DNA of 63,340 nucleotides, filler included, from Octopus bimaculoides (Eukaryota): NCBI RefSeq assembly GCF_001194135.2. It is 6 parts of 6 records of this genome, joined end to end, with 100 filler letters (N's around TTAATTAATTAA, not from the genome) between each part and the next. Parts side by side here need not be neighbours in the genome. Positions count along the whole stretch, not along the records: positions 10,346 to 20,314 come from NC_068985.1; positions 20,415 to 35,186 come from NC_068993.1; 4 more parts are not named here. One strand, given 5' to 3'. Shown here in pieces: positions 10,930 through 23,399 of the stretch. A program made the translations under genes and the position numbers. Below the pieces are notes generated by a model. It had not been told where the DNA came from, made no database searches, and saw nothing but the letters and a program-made list of their open reading frames with translations. Each line of letters begins with the position of its first letter. Position 1 is the stretch's first letter.

Positions 10930-12850
10930 TCGTTTGGTTATATCGATAGCTTTTAGGATATGTGTAATCATTTCTTCACTTTTTGTTTGCTGTCGAAGCC
11001 ATAATCTTGGTATCTGGAGTATAAATAGTGTGCTAGTTGAAGAGAATGATTTGAATGTATGATGCGATTTACAATGATTGAAGCATTCTTTGGTTGATAT
11101 TGAAAAGGAATCCTCAAAGAATTTGCATAGATTGAATCCCAGAATATTACCACTCTGCAAAACACATACGTGTTTGTATGATACGGTTCGATTATGGTTT
11201 CGAACTTGGTCGGTAGTTCTTTGGAGTTTTTGTTAGCAGATATGTTGTTCCTTCAGTGAGTCAGGTAGGTATTTGCTCTGGGTTCTGGATGATATCTGTT
11301 CGAGATCAAATGAAATTTTGGTGTACTTCAGTGAAACAATTCAGCCAGATCCAGTCCTGTAGTTTTTCATTTGTGTGTCTTCGTAAGACCACAACTTGCC
11401 TCTTCTATTTCTATTGCCTGCCATTTCTGCTCTTCAACTTCATCCAGTCTCACTTTAGCACGCTCCAATCAAATCATCTTCAGCATTATACTATTCATGG
11501 TGCTCCATATCGTCTTCCAGAACTCTTCTATTTCCTCCGTCGTTGGTGGCTCCTTTACTTCTATCTTATTTTTGCCAAGTTCTCTATAAAATTTCTTTGC
11601 ATCTGTCTTGAATACCTCGTTTTTTCGATAAAATTTGTTTCTTTTATCATACATTCTAAGCCTTCAGCTGTATTCGCTGCTTCACTAGTTTCTTGGTTGC
11701 AGGGAGGTTTATAAAATCTTTGATTTTATATTTTTGCTTGATTTTTCTTACTTATTTCGTCTTAATATTTACTCCTCTAGCAAGTTCATCAAGAACTGAT
11801 ACATCAGCCTTCAAAAATTCAATCTCTTTTTGTATTGGTACTTTCCACTTAGGATGTCTGTTGACATGGTTAGTCGTCTGTTCCGTGTCATCCTAATAAC
11901 TAGTTGAGCGGTTTCAACTTTAACAGTGGAATAAACGAGGTTATTTAAGGTTGTTAGGTCATTTCCCTTACCTCTTAATATCTGTCCAAGAGCAACAATA
12001 TATATTATAATTATGTGGCGTTGTTTATGCTATTTAAGAACTTCGGTAGCGGTTCTCTATTGATCATGTCAGTCTTGTTGAGTTCTCTGAACTCCCCCAT
12101 ACTCTGCGGTTTTTGCTCATACGGCGTTTTGCTTCTCCTAGCCCAGACTTTTCGCGCAGTGCCCAATGTAGCACTTTCGCTACCCGATCGTGTAGCCACA
12201 ACTTGTAGTGGTTTGGGGCAAGTCTAGGGCATTCGTTCGTGATATGGGCAATGGTTTTATCTACTCTATTGCAGATGTGGTACGGCGGAGACACTTGCTC
12301 ATTACTCAGGTTGACCCTCCAGTTCGTGGCCTAAGCTTGGTCCTGCGCTGCCAGTATAGTGCTCTCAGTCTCTTTTTTTAGTGTTTCTTTCATCAGCCAA
12401 TCCCACCAGTTTTTTCCAGCAACTTCTGTAATGGCTGCATGGAATTGATTGTGTAGTCCCTTCTTGCGAAATTCTTCTTCATACATTTTCTACTTCTTCC
12501 TTTATTTTTCTTCTTTTCTCTGCTTTCCATATTCCCCCGCTCCTAACTCACTAGAAAGGTTTCCTTAATTTGGGGTATGGAATCTCATTAAGCCATCGAT
12601 TTCGATACGCAATCATCATTATTATTATTTATTGTCGTTGCACAGCTATGGTGCCAGCTGTTCATTACCGGTGAACTAAGGTAACATCCATTTATTTTTC
12701 GTGCACCATCCTTCTCAAAATTTTTACTCACTGTTTCCAGGGCTCCGACAATTATTGGCACTGCTACCACCTTTTTCATCGACCACAACTGCTTAACCTC
12801 CCAAGCTAACCAGTCATATCTATCGACTTTTCTTTCTATTATTATTATTT
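10930..12850 (-). mobile_element. R4/Dong-like (RLE-type) non-LTR retrotransposon fragments
   Basis: Pre-RT segment YRKNEVFKTDAKKFYRELGK...EEIEEFWKTIWS; LKKETESTILAAQDQA; CCHC knuckle (H)ICNRVDKTIAHITNECP; RLE tail KVDRYDWLAWEVKQLWSMKKVVAVPIIVGAL. Confidence 0.8.
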
Positions 12851-12958
12851 TTTTTTTTGGCTGTCTAATAAGATGTTTGCTTCCAAGTACCAGGACGACC
12901 AAAGCCTAGTGAGAGTTTTTACAGATAGAAACAGAAAGAAGCATGTCACACACACACG

Positions 12959-12994
<36 letters not shown>

Positions 12995-13477
12995 NNNNNN
13001 NNNNNNNNNNNNNNNNNNNNNNNNNNNNNNNNNNNNNNNNNNNNNNNNNNNNNNNNNNNNNNNNNNNNNNNNNNNNNNNNNNNNNNNNNNNNNNNNNNNN
13101 NNNNNNNNNNNNNNNNNNNNNNNNNNNNNNNNNNNNNNNNNNNNNNNNNNNNNNNNNNNNNNNNNNNNNNNNNNNNNNNNNNNNNNNNNNNNNNNNNNNN
13201 NNNNNNNNNNNNNNNNNNNNNNNNNNNNNNNNNNNNNNNNNNNNNNNNNNNNNNNNNNNNNNNNNNNNNNNNNNNNNNNNNNNNNNNNNNNNNNNNNNNN
13301 NNNNNNNNNNNNNNATATATATAATATATATGAGGGACAACAATTCAAAGTTAAATCTGACTTTACTTGTGCCTTAGAAAACCTTCCAGTGTATATAGGT
13401 CCCAGCTCTGTCGTGTCTGTGAAGAATATATTCCTTCTTAGCCAGGACTGGGCAGCCAGAGATAATATGATTTATTG

Positions 13478-13561
<84 letters not shown>

Positions 13562-13919
13562 TCCATTTTACTTCTCAATTACCTCGATTTTACTTGCTCC
13601 GCTTTATTCTGTAACTGCAGGCTAGAGTCTGTTGTCAAATGTTTCCCAGGGTCTTTTCCTAGAAAACACACAAGTACCAATCTCACAATACTGAATGGTT
13701 TCCTCAATTGAACTGTTTTCTGAGGGTTGATGTAATCAACTAGCGCCACCCATCCCACAAACCTGCTGGCCTTGTGCCAAGATTTTGAATTATTAATGTT
13801 ATCATTATCATTATTATTAGAATCGGAAGAAGGGCGAATTTGGTATGCTAACTTCTTTCCCCTACAAAATTGCTAGCTTTGGGATTAAGCTCAGATATCA
13901 GAAGAAGCAGGCGCAGCAG

Positions 13920-13929
13920 GAGCAGCTAC

Positions 13930-13989
<60 letters not shown>

Positions 13990-14400
13990 TAGTGTTTTAC
14001 CTGAAGAGTTGATTGGTAACCCGTTTGCATGTAATAGTGATTATGGTAGTGGCCGTTGCGAATGTGTTGAGAAGAAGAAGAAGAAGAAGAAGAAAAAAAA
14101 AAAACAAAAACAACAACAACAACAAGAGCAACCACAAGAAGAAGAAAAAGAAGAACAAAAGGAACAAGAACAAGAAGAACAAGAACGAGAACAAGAAGAA
14201 CAAGAAGAACAAGAAAAACAAGAAGAAGAAGAAGAAGAAGAAGAAGAAGAAGAGAAACAAGTGAAAGACGAGAAAGGGGTAGTAGTAGTAGGAGGAGGAG
14301 GAGGAGGAGGAGGGGAAGGGAGGAGGGGGATGACAACAACAACAACAACAACCACAACAACAAGAAGGAGGAGGAAGAGGGAACATAAATTAAAGTATAG
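13920..14400. repeat. Compound microsatellite (TAG)n, (GAA)n, (CAA)n, (GGA)n
   Basis: Directly visible. The ORFs here are homopolymeric artefacts. Confidence 0.9.
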
Positions 14401-14666
14401 AAAAACATAAGATGTCAAAAACAATGTAAAATACTGAAATTATTTCAAAACGTTGAGTAAATGAAGTAGAAACTAAAAAAAAAAAACAGCAAATTCAACA
14501 ATAACACCATCAAAAACATCAGCAAACACCAAACGAGCAGNNNNNNNNNNACAACAATAACGACAACAACAACAACCACCACATAGACACACCGACCACA
14601 ATAAACGACAGCATGCAGTAGACGGAACATAAATCAAGTAATAAAACAATATAAATTAAGAAAATG

Positions 14667-14733
<67 letters not shown>

Positions 14734-15184
14734 AATAATAATAATGATTATGATAATAATAATAATAATAAGATATTGACGAAAGGAAGGAAAGAAAAAT
14801 GATGAGAGCCGAAATAGATGAATAAAAGACAAGGCAAGCATCAAACCATTGATAATGTCAGGAAATTAATATTTTCCAGCGAAACAAGTCTAATTGGGCG
14901 GCGATTTAAAATAACACTTCTTCGTGTCTCGAGCACAATCGTGCAGTTAACAACAATATCAACAACAACAACAGCAACAGCAGTAGCAGCAGTAGCAAGT
15001 AAATACCAAAAATAAGAAGAAATCAACGAAAGCAATCATCATGGTAGCTATAACACTTTCTACTATTCTACTATAGTTACAAGTACTGATGTTTTGTGAC
15101 AGGAAGTAAGTTGATTACATCAACCCAAGTATTCACCTGGTACTTATTTTCATCAACGTAAAGTGAATAAAAGATAACATAGAG

Positions 15185-15697
15185 AGCTGTGGCTGTGTGG
15201 TAAGTAGCTTGCTCACCAACCACATGGTTTCGGGTTCAGTCCAACTGCGTGGCAACTTTGGCAAGTGTCTTCTACTATAGCCTCGGCCCGACCAAAGCCT
15301 TGTGAGNNNNNNNNNNNNNNNNNNNNNNNNNNNNNNNNNNNNNNNNNNNNNNNNNNNNNNNNNNNNNNNNNNNNNNNNNNNNNNNNNNNNNNNNNNNNNN
15401 NNNNNNNNNNNNNNNNNNNNNNNNNNNNNNNNNNNNNNNNNNNNNNNNNNNNNNNNNNNNNNNNNNNNNNNNNNNNTGTGTGTGTGTTTGTGTATCTGTT
15501 TTTGTCCCCCCCAACATCGCTTGACAACCGATGCTGGTGTGTTTACGTCCCCGTAACCTAGCGGTTCGGAAAAAGTGACAGATAGAATAAGTACTAGGCT
15601 TACAAAGAATAAGTTCTGAGGTCGATTTTCTCGACTAAAGGCGATGCTCCAACACGGCCGCTGTCAAATGACGGAAACAAGTAAAAGAGTAAAAGAG
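15185..15697 (+). mobile_element. SINE family A, full length (internal gap)
   Basis: tRNA-like head with B-box-like GGTTCAGTCC, central TTGGCAAGTGTCTTCTACTATAGCC, internal microsatellite and (AAAAGAGT)n tail. Confidence 0.85.
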
Positions 15698-15699
15698 TC

Positions 15700-16720
15700 A
15701 TTCTCGTCGATTTCAACGTATAAGTGTTTGAAAGATTTACCTATGAAGCTACGATGGGGACAATGATTTAAATTTTGCCTGAGATTGGACAATTGTGTTT
15801 CCTGATTGCAGAGTACAATTCTTTCGTTGCTCTGTTTCTTCAACTCAAATTGTTTAGATGCATCGTGAGCCATTTGAAGACACTCAGAACGATGAAGACA
15901 ATGACTTTCCCAAGATGATAAATTAAGCTGTAGAAATGTTAAAGATTGTTTCAACTTATACTTATATCTTAACAATGATCTTCCTTTACCACGAAATCTC
16001 ACTACTTGTTCATACAAAGATTTTTCGGAATGCATCTTGCATTCAAACAATATGTCCTGCCATTCTCCACTGAATTCTGGACAGCTTATTTTCTATACTG
16101 GAGATATCACATTTGATATCTTACCATTTTATGTTGCATATATTGTGCAGATAGAACATGTAAATTGTTTCAGTATCTTTGTTTTTAATAAGGAGTTCTT
16201 GCTTCGACCCCATACAAAATGTGTTCAAAATACAAGATTTGTATGCACTTATTGTAGTTTTCAAACTGACACCGTGTTCATCCCACAAACGATGGCAAGG
16301 TTTAGCTTTAGATATTCTAACATTGATCTCGTAATCAAGACTATACTTGAAATTTATTGTATTTCTAAGATATTTAAATGATAAATTTGAGTGGCTTATA
16401 GTTCATCATCAAGTGTGTATCTTAAGTAAATTCTGTCTCAGACTTTGGTTGGAGTAAAACATCAGATCCTTTGATGCTGATAGTCATTCCACATGCACGG
16501 GGCTGACGCTGCAAACTGGTCAAGTATTTCCTGACTTCATTCAAACAAATCCGAACGCAAAGCGTGATCATCAACGAGTAGAATGTGATGTAGAATCTCT
16601 TCCCTGGATGTTTTAGTCTGACTTTGATCTGAAGCTTAGTTGACCTTTGTCTGTGCTAAACTAAAATTTTACACGTACAATAATCATCTTTAAAAGCATA
16701 GAGGAGCACCATTGGAAATG
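15700..16720 (-). mobile_element. RTE-clade LINE ORF2 remnant (end of RT and C-terminus)
   Basis: Degenerate translation FKYL...SLDYEINVRISKAK...YKSCILNT(F)...GH.., matching the RTE pattern YLGS.IS...LD.EI..RI.KA...Y.A.VLSTLLYG. Confidence 0.7.
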
Positions 16721-16976
16721 ACGTATGGCGAGAAATACAGGAGCGAAAACACAAGACTGTTTAGTTTCAGGGAAAACAAAAAAAATATCTCTCAGCATTG
16801 ACGGTTAGAGATCACTGTTACCATCATTCCTTCGCACAAAGACACTAATATTAAATTCATTGTGGAGGTAGTTTGTGGGTACTTAAGGACAGTATTATCT
16901 ATCTGAGACCCTTCTTGTGATTTAACAGATGACTAAAGAATCCGGTGCATTTTTCCCTACACTATGTTACGATGGC

Positions 16977-17065
<89 letters not shown>

Positions 17066-17114
17066 TATTATTATTATTATTATTATTATCATTATTATTA
17101 TTATTATTATTATA

Positions 17115-18500
17115 GAGATCCGACGTCTGGACAGGAAGACAAATAAATTACAAACATCGAATTAGATGCTACACCCAAAAGCAGAAGTCGATCGTCTGTA
17201 CCTACCTAGAAGTAATGGGGAAGGAGGTATGATGCAGGTAGAACTATGCTATAAGACCTTCACAATAGCAATGAAAATTTACGTATCTAGTACAGAGGAC
17301 TGGACACTGCGACTTGTGTGCAAACACGAAAGCAGCAATACACCGCGTTCTATTCTCGAGAAAGCTTGCAAATTCGCAAGGAAACTTGGCAGTAACCCTG
17401 TAACAGTTAAATAACCTGAAACCACTGCCACAAGACAAGCGAAATGGATTAAGCAGACTGCAAAATAGAACGGGCAGACACAAACTCAGGAGCGGTGGAG
17501 CCAGAAGCCTCTGCATGAACAGTATATACTTCGAAGTCGAAATGCTGAGCCCATTAGTGGCTCAAAATCTCAGGACTGAAAGCAGTGACTGAATGTTTCA
17601 TATTGGCTGCACAAGATCAAAGCTGTTTCCGAAAAAACAGTTCTGACTCTAAATGCAGATTCTGCGACACATTTGACGAAGCAATAGCCAATCTATTAGA
17701 ATTAGTGTGGAAGCTGCTAAGAGGAATATCTTAGCTTGTGAGCCAAAATTTACTACCAAAAGAAGAGGAAGGTTGTACGAAGGCTAGAAGAACGCATGGT
17801 GTTATTAGTCTTTTCTACTCGAGGCACAAGCCCGAAATTTTGGGGGAAGAGACCAGTCGATTAGACCCACCCCAGTACTTAATTTATCCACCCTGAAAGA
17901 ATGAAAGGCAAAATCGGCCTCGGCGGAATTTGATCTCAGAACGTAAAGACATACGAAATATCGCTAAGCATTTCGCCCGACTTGCTAACGTTTCTGCCAG
18001 CTCGCCGCCTTCGAATAGACAAAGCAGTTCTAAAAGAAGTGAAATCTAGAAAGAAAAATTTAACAATAGCATGGATGGATCATAAGAAAACTCATGACAT
18101 GATTCCAAACTCATGGATTAGTGAATGTTTGATGAGAATATTGAGTACTGTAAGCAACATAAGCAATTTAATCAGCTACAGCTAACTAAATTTCTTATGT
18201 TGCTTACAGCACTGAAGAGAGGAATTGTCCAGAGAGTCTCGTTATCCCTTTTAATATTTGTCAGATTAATTTTAAGGCAGGCAAAGACAGGATATCAGTT
18301 TAAAAGAAAAATTATCCATTTTGTCTACATGAATGGTTTGAAGCTGTTTAGCAAGAATATACGAGGTGGAGTGCTTAATACAAACTGTAAGACACTTCAG
18401 CGAAGATTTAGGTTCGGAATTTGCCATTTATAACTGCGCAATATTAATCAGGACAGGTAATCAGCATTGACAACATTCAATTACCTGGTGACTAGACTTT
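17115..18500 (+). mobile_element. R4/Dong-like LINE fragments with an antisense SINE between them
   Basis: EIRRLDRKT..LHPKAEVDRLYLPRSNGEGG (thumb), AAQDQ/CRFC remnants, then RIDKAVLKEVKSRKKNLTIAWMDHKKTHDMIPNSWISECL and a degenerate QGDSLSP/YMDD region (RT core). Confidence 0.8.
17810..18011 (-). mobile_element. SINE family B
   Basis: Reverse complement of AAGGCGGCGAGCTGGCAGAAACGTTAGC...TTCTGAGATCAAATTCCGCCGAGG. Confidence 0.85.
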
Positions 18501-18989
18501 AAAATCAATGAAAAAAGGAGAAAGTTAAAAGCGTCAGGTTAATCACTAACCCAATATACCTAATGTGAATCAGGTGATTTGCACACTCTTACATCCTCAC
18601 CACAATCACTAGAACGTCCATTTCTCCATTTGTCTTTTTTGTTTTTGTTTTGTAGATTTGTTGATCGTTCAGTCACCTCGTTTTTATTTGACGCAGGCTC
18701 TAACACAGTTGGATAGCGTTCCTGATCCCAAATATCACGCTCACCTACTACATATGTTCAAAGTAAAAAGAAATGTGTTAGATTTTTTCATGTGAACTCA
18801 GATTTAGTAACATCGTTCTTGGTGTGGATCTGGAGCGATGTTCTGCTCATAATTTCCTACTGACTTAAATGTTTCGAGATCGAGTACCAAAGTTAATATC
18901 GAGCAATACCTTGACATTTTTATATGTAAACTTTATTTGGTATCAATAAAATTAAAATGATAAAGCTCCTCCCAGAGTTATATAGACTC

Positions 18990-19215
18990 ATAAGCCCTGT
19001 TTCCCGGTTTCCTGGTTTCCTGGTTTCCTTGTTTCTGTGACTTAATAAATCACCACCCTGGGCCGGGCGCCGGTTCTTCGCAGAATTACTCCATTTTGCT
19101 AGGTGAGTGTACTAGAGCAGCATGAAATGAAGTGTTTTGCTCAATACGCTTTATTTCAATAAAACATTGTCCCGTCCAGGAACCGAAGTCTTAATCTTAC
19201 AATCAGGAATTCAAC
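18990..19215 (-). mobile_element. SINE family F (CORE/V-like centre) remnant with (CCAGGAAA)n tail
   Basis: TTGAGCAAAACACTTCATTTCATG...CTCTAGTACACTCACCT on the minus strand; 8-bp tandem units at ~18998-19030. Confidence 0.55.
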
Positions 19216-20120
19216 ACCGTAACCACAAAGACACGTGTCTCCACCTAAATAACACTGGCTGGATACAAAATTTGACCAATACTAACCCATAATTCTACGA
19301 AGCGTACTAGTTCCAAAGGTTAGTTCCAAAGATTACTAAGAGACCTGGACTGTGACCATGTCTTGCAAACTTAGAGCAAGACAGTGAGAACTGAAGACAG
19401 GCCTGAAGACAAGAACTTTGTCCTCCGTCTCAGATATCAGCAACACCAAACATGCTTGTACAATGACTCCACAACTACATGAGCACGTCGAAACTATTTT
19501 AAGACTGAGGACTGGCAGCTAATGCTGTACTGGATCATATTCCAAGATAAGCTAAGCGATCAACGACTTCGACACTCTCACTCGCAACAGAGATAGACGG
19601 CTATATATTATTTAAAAACTAGTTTTGGCTAACTCGCCTCGTGATATTGAAATATTTAGAAATCAAATGTTCACATAATGTGATGAGGAACGGAAATATA
19701 TCCGGTGTCCCTTAATTATATATTGATATTACGAGAAGATGAAGACGTCATCGAAGCTCTGATGAATCGATCGGTTACTGAGCACAAAATAATATTCACA
19801 TTACAGTATAACTGATACAACATCTATGGCGAGAGAGAAATACTTGTAGAACAATTGTTGAAATTCCAGTATAATAATTTAGTTAACAGATGAATGTATA
19901 ATCTTCCGAAAGAAATAAAGCGTAAGACAGAAAGATCAATTACCTAATCTTCCCATAATAAGGGTGTCCATCAACGCGTGATAATTTAAGTTATTATATT
20001 GTTAAAACATGTCTTAAATAAGAGTGTCTTTCTGTTGACAGTCGTTTAAAGTAATGTAGCATGATAACCATTCATTTGAATCATATATATATATTATAAA
20101 ATCATATATTTCGAGGTGTG

Positions 20121-20314
20121 GAGGCGCAATGACACAGTGGTTAGAGCAGCGGACTCGCGGTCATAGGATCGCGGTTTTGATTCCCAGACCGGGCATTGTC
20201 AGTGTTTATTGAGCGAAAACACCTAAAGCTCCACGAAGTTCTGGTCGGGGATGTGTGGCGAACACTGCTGTACTCTTTCACCACAACTTTCTCTCAATAT
20301 TTCTGTTGTGCCTG
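20121..20314 (+). mobile_element. SINE family C (tRNA-like head), truncated by spacer
   Basis: GAGGCGCAATGACACAGTGGTTAGAGCAGCGGACTCGCGG...GATTCCCAG head. Same family as 38790-39094. Confidence 0.8.
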
Positions 20315-20414
20315 NNNNNNNNNNNNNNNNNNNNNNNNNNNNNNNNNNNNNNNNNNNNTTAATTAATTAANNNNNNNNNNNNNNNNNNNNNNNNNNNNNN
20401 NNNNNNNNNNNNNN
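20315..20414. other. Artificial scaffold spacer
   Basis: 44N-TTAATTAATTAA-44N. Confidence 0.95.
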
Positions 20415-20659
20415 CCCTATGGATCACACAGGTTGTAATCCTTTGAAACATATGTAGGAATAAAGTATGCAATTATAACATGCGTTTTCTCCAATCCTTA
20501 AATTCTTAAATATACTCAAATACCCAAAATTTCAAGGAGTTCCTGCCTTAAAAACAGGAGCTAACCACAGTTATTTTGTGTTCTTTGCTACATTGGTTTC
20601 TATTAACCCATTTATTTTATCAGAAGAATTTCTATTCATTAAGATAGAAGAAATATACA

Positions 20660-20725
<66 letters not shown>

Positions 20726-22389
20726 GATAGATAGAGAAACAAACAAACAAACAAACAAGCAAACAAACAAACAAACAAAGAAGGAAAGAAAGAAAGAAAG
20801 ATCAGAGAGTTTAAGTAGTTACACAGAGAGTTTAGTAACTGCCAAATCATTTACTATAGAAATAACTGCTATTTCATTGACTCGATTTGAGATTCTGGGG
20901 TGGCGGGATTCTGGAAAAGTCTAACAATTGTAAATAAGTATTTTATTCAAGAAATTTATTCCACTTCTGAGGAAAACGAAATTGGGAATCAAAAAGGGTT
21001 TGCTTAAAAATTCTTTGTCGATTAAGCTGAGTCTAGGATATTACTGGTATTTTTATCATTGAATTAATGATAAACTGAGAAAAATGCTGAAGCCACCACT
21101 CAAAATACAGTTTACATTCAGTTCATTTTCACTACATTCTCAGTTGGTTACAATTTTAATATCAAAGATCCCTATGGATCACACAGTCAAGATACCCATC
21201 GGTCTTCTTGACTAGGTCTGGCTAAACAAAATCATAGAATTATAAATAGCTAAACCATAAATATCTATATTTTTATCACCGAATCTCATATCATATTGAG
21301 CATTAGTAGAGGTGTGCTGCAAAGATGCTGGTCGATTAGATGAGGCTATAGCTCGCAAATTTGCTATAACCAAACGTATATGGGATACATTTATCAGCAA
21401 CTTCAGCAACATCTGCAACAGTATCAGTGTTAGCGATATTTATCAACAACAGCAATAAAAGCAAAATAAGCGACAACAGTATTGAAAATAACAACAATAA
21501 CACAAAATCAATAACCGTAACCTTTAGAATTAGTTCACCACTTGAGATAAACAGTCTAATCAGGTGAATACAAGTAAGGAATTCTCACGAGATATCGCCA
21601 GATTCTATTGCTACTCTCTGGTACAGACCAGAGAGTAGCAATAGAATCTTTCAACTTTTCTTTCTGCGAAACGAACATAAGGTTAAAAAATTAGATTGAA
21701 AGGATGTGTGTGTGTGCGTGTGTGTGTGTTTAAGAAGTAAAACGGGTTAATAAATCCAAGCAGATATCTATAAACGAGTTTCGTTAACTATATCAAACAA
21801 TCAGGTACCAATAAATGCAAGTAGAATAAACATACCAGGTAATTCTCCATGTGTGACAAGTAAATCCATACATTCTATATGCATGTTTATTTACGTATGT
21901 TAGTTAATCAAAATGTGTTCATGTCACTGGAGATGCTTGATTAGGTTTTAATTTGAAGTAGATTTGTGTATTTGCACGTACAACGGCATCCAATCATCTG
22001 CTTTTCACTTTTTAAAGCAAAAGTTTGTGAAACCTCATTAATTGAATAATATCACTAAGTTGTCGTAAAACAACCTGACTCAAATTTATTTTCTTCGGCA
22101 ATTGACACCCATTGTAAATATAAAACTTGATAACAATTTAATTTGATTTTTCTGTGTTTAAAGTTATTTCAATAGGGATTTTCTTGCTTCTTTATTTAAG
22201 AGCTTTGTTTATTTGATTTTTAGAAAAGTATTTCTCTTTAGTGTTAATGATGTTGGTTCTTTCGCATTTATGCTTTTGTTAACCATTTCGTCTAGATGAT
22301 AAAAATCATTACGGTGTGTATATATAAATGTAGGGTCCTCTGCTCTAATTCTCTTTACCAATGCAACATTTATGAAAAACTAAATATTG

Positions 22390-22545
22390 ATTTCAAATTT
22401 TGGCACAAGGCAAACAATTTCGGAGGGAGGGGGTAAGTTGACTATATCGACCCCATTGCTCAACTGGTACTTATTTTTTTTGAACCTGAATGAAAAGCAA
22501 AGTCGACCTCGGCGAAATTTGAACTCGGAACGTAAGGACGGACGA
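22390..22545 (-). mobile_element. SINE family B, partial
   Basis: GTTCCGAGTTCAAATTTCGCCGAGGTCGACTTTGC on the minus strand. Confidence 0.75.
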
Positions 22546-23399
22546 AGAATTTGCAGGTCAAGCTAAAAATATTATAGAACATATTATCTTATCATGAGTT
22601 ATATACTGCAAGAGTTTTCGATGTTAGATACTTAAAAAGAATTAAACTTCGACAGTGTTAGTAAAATATATGGTTCTCAGTTTTGATGGTGTGTATTCAG
22701 TTGTTCAATCTACTGAAGTGTTCTTTGAAATAGTGCATAGTGTTAAAAAGTTCTCCACGTGACTGTGTCTCCTCATAGTAAAACTTTAGTATGTGATCTA
22801 GGAAAAAACTTGCCATTTCGATTTACTTTCGTTGTCTTTTGTTTTGTATATGTCTCTTATTCTCAAAGAGGTGACAAATGCATTTTCCAAAATATTGAAA
22901 TGTAAAATTAAAATTAAGTATCGTAGTTGATTATTGAATAATGCTTAATTTTATAAATTTACTTCCAGCTAAAGTAAACTGTAACGCCTCTATATTAGTA
23001 GTTGCAATTCGCAACACTAACCTAAACCTGTTTTTAACACACAAGGTAACAAGAATGGAGTAACACTATGTATGACACAATGTACGTTAAATATTAGAAA
23101 CAAGGTTAAAAATCAGGAATAAGTGTCACAATTGACTGAGTGAATAATTACGTAGCGAGTCTGCAACAAATATAGGCTTGTGCTACAAATTGTTACTTCT
23201 GGTCAATGCATTTGATTGCTGACAGCCAGCAATTATCGTTTGAAATTAAGTTTTATTGATCATCAGTCAAAACACTTAATTTTAATTTAAGTTTAAAATG
23301 TCATTATGTTTATGTATTTATTTTGCAAGATTCCTGGTGTGAAATCATGTGCTGAAACAGATATTGTTATATTTCAGATGGTAATTTTTTATTGCCAAA

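Noticed and set aside
13989-14424. Long ORFs rich in E/K/Q/L/S
   Set aside because: Open in several frames on both strands because of trinucleotide repeats; not evidence of coding.
20121-20190. tRNA-like heads of SINE families (also 15185, 57792 and others) as tRNA genes
   Set aside because: No complete cloverleaf or acceptor stem, and they continue into SINE bodies.
21212-21520. ORFs with a hydrophobic N-terminus resembling a secreted peptide
   Set aside because: The hydrophobic part derives from a degenerate (TTG/TTA) repeat; no start or splice support.
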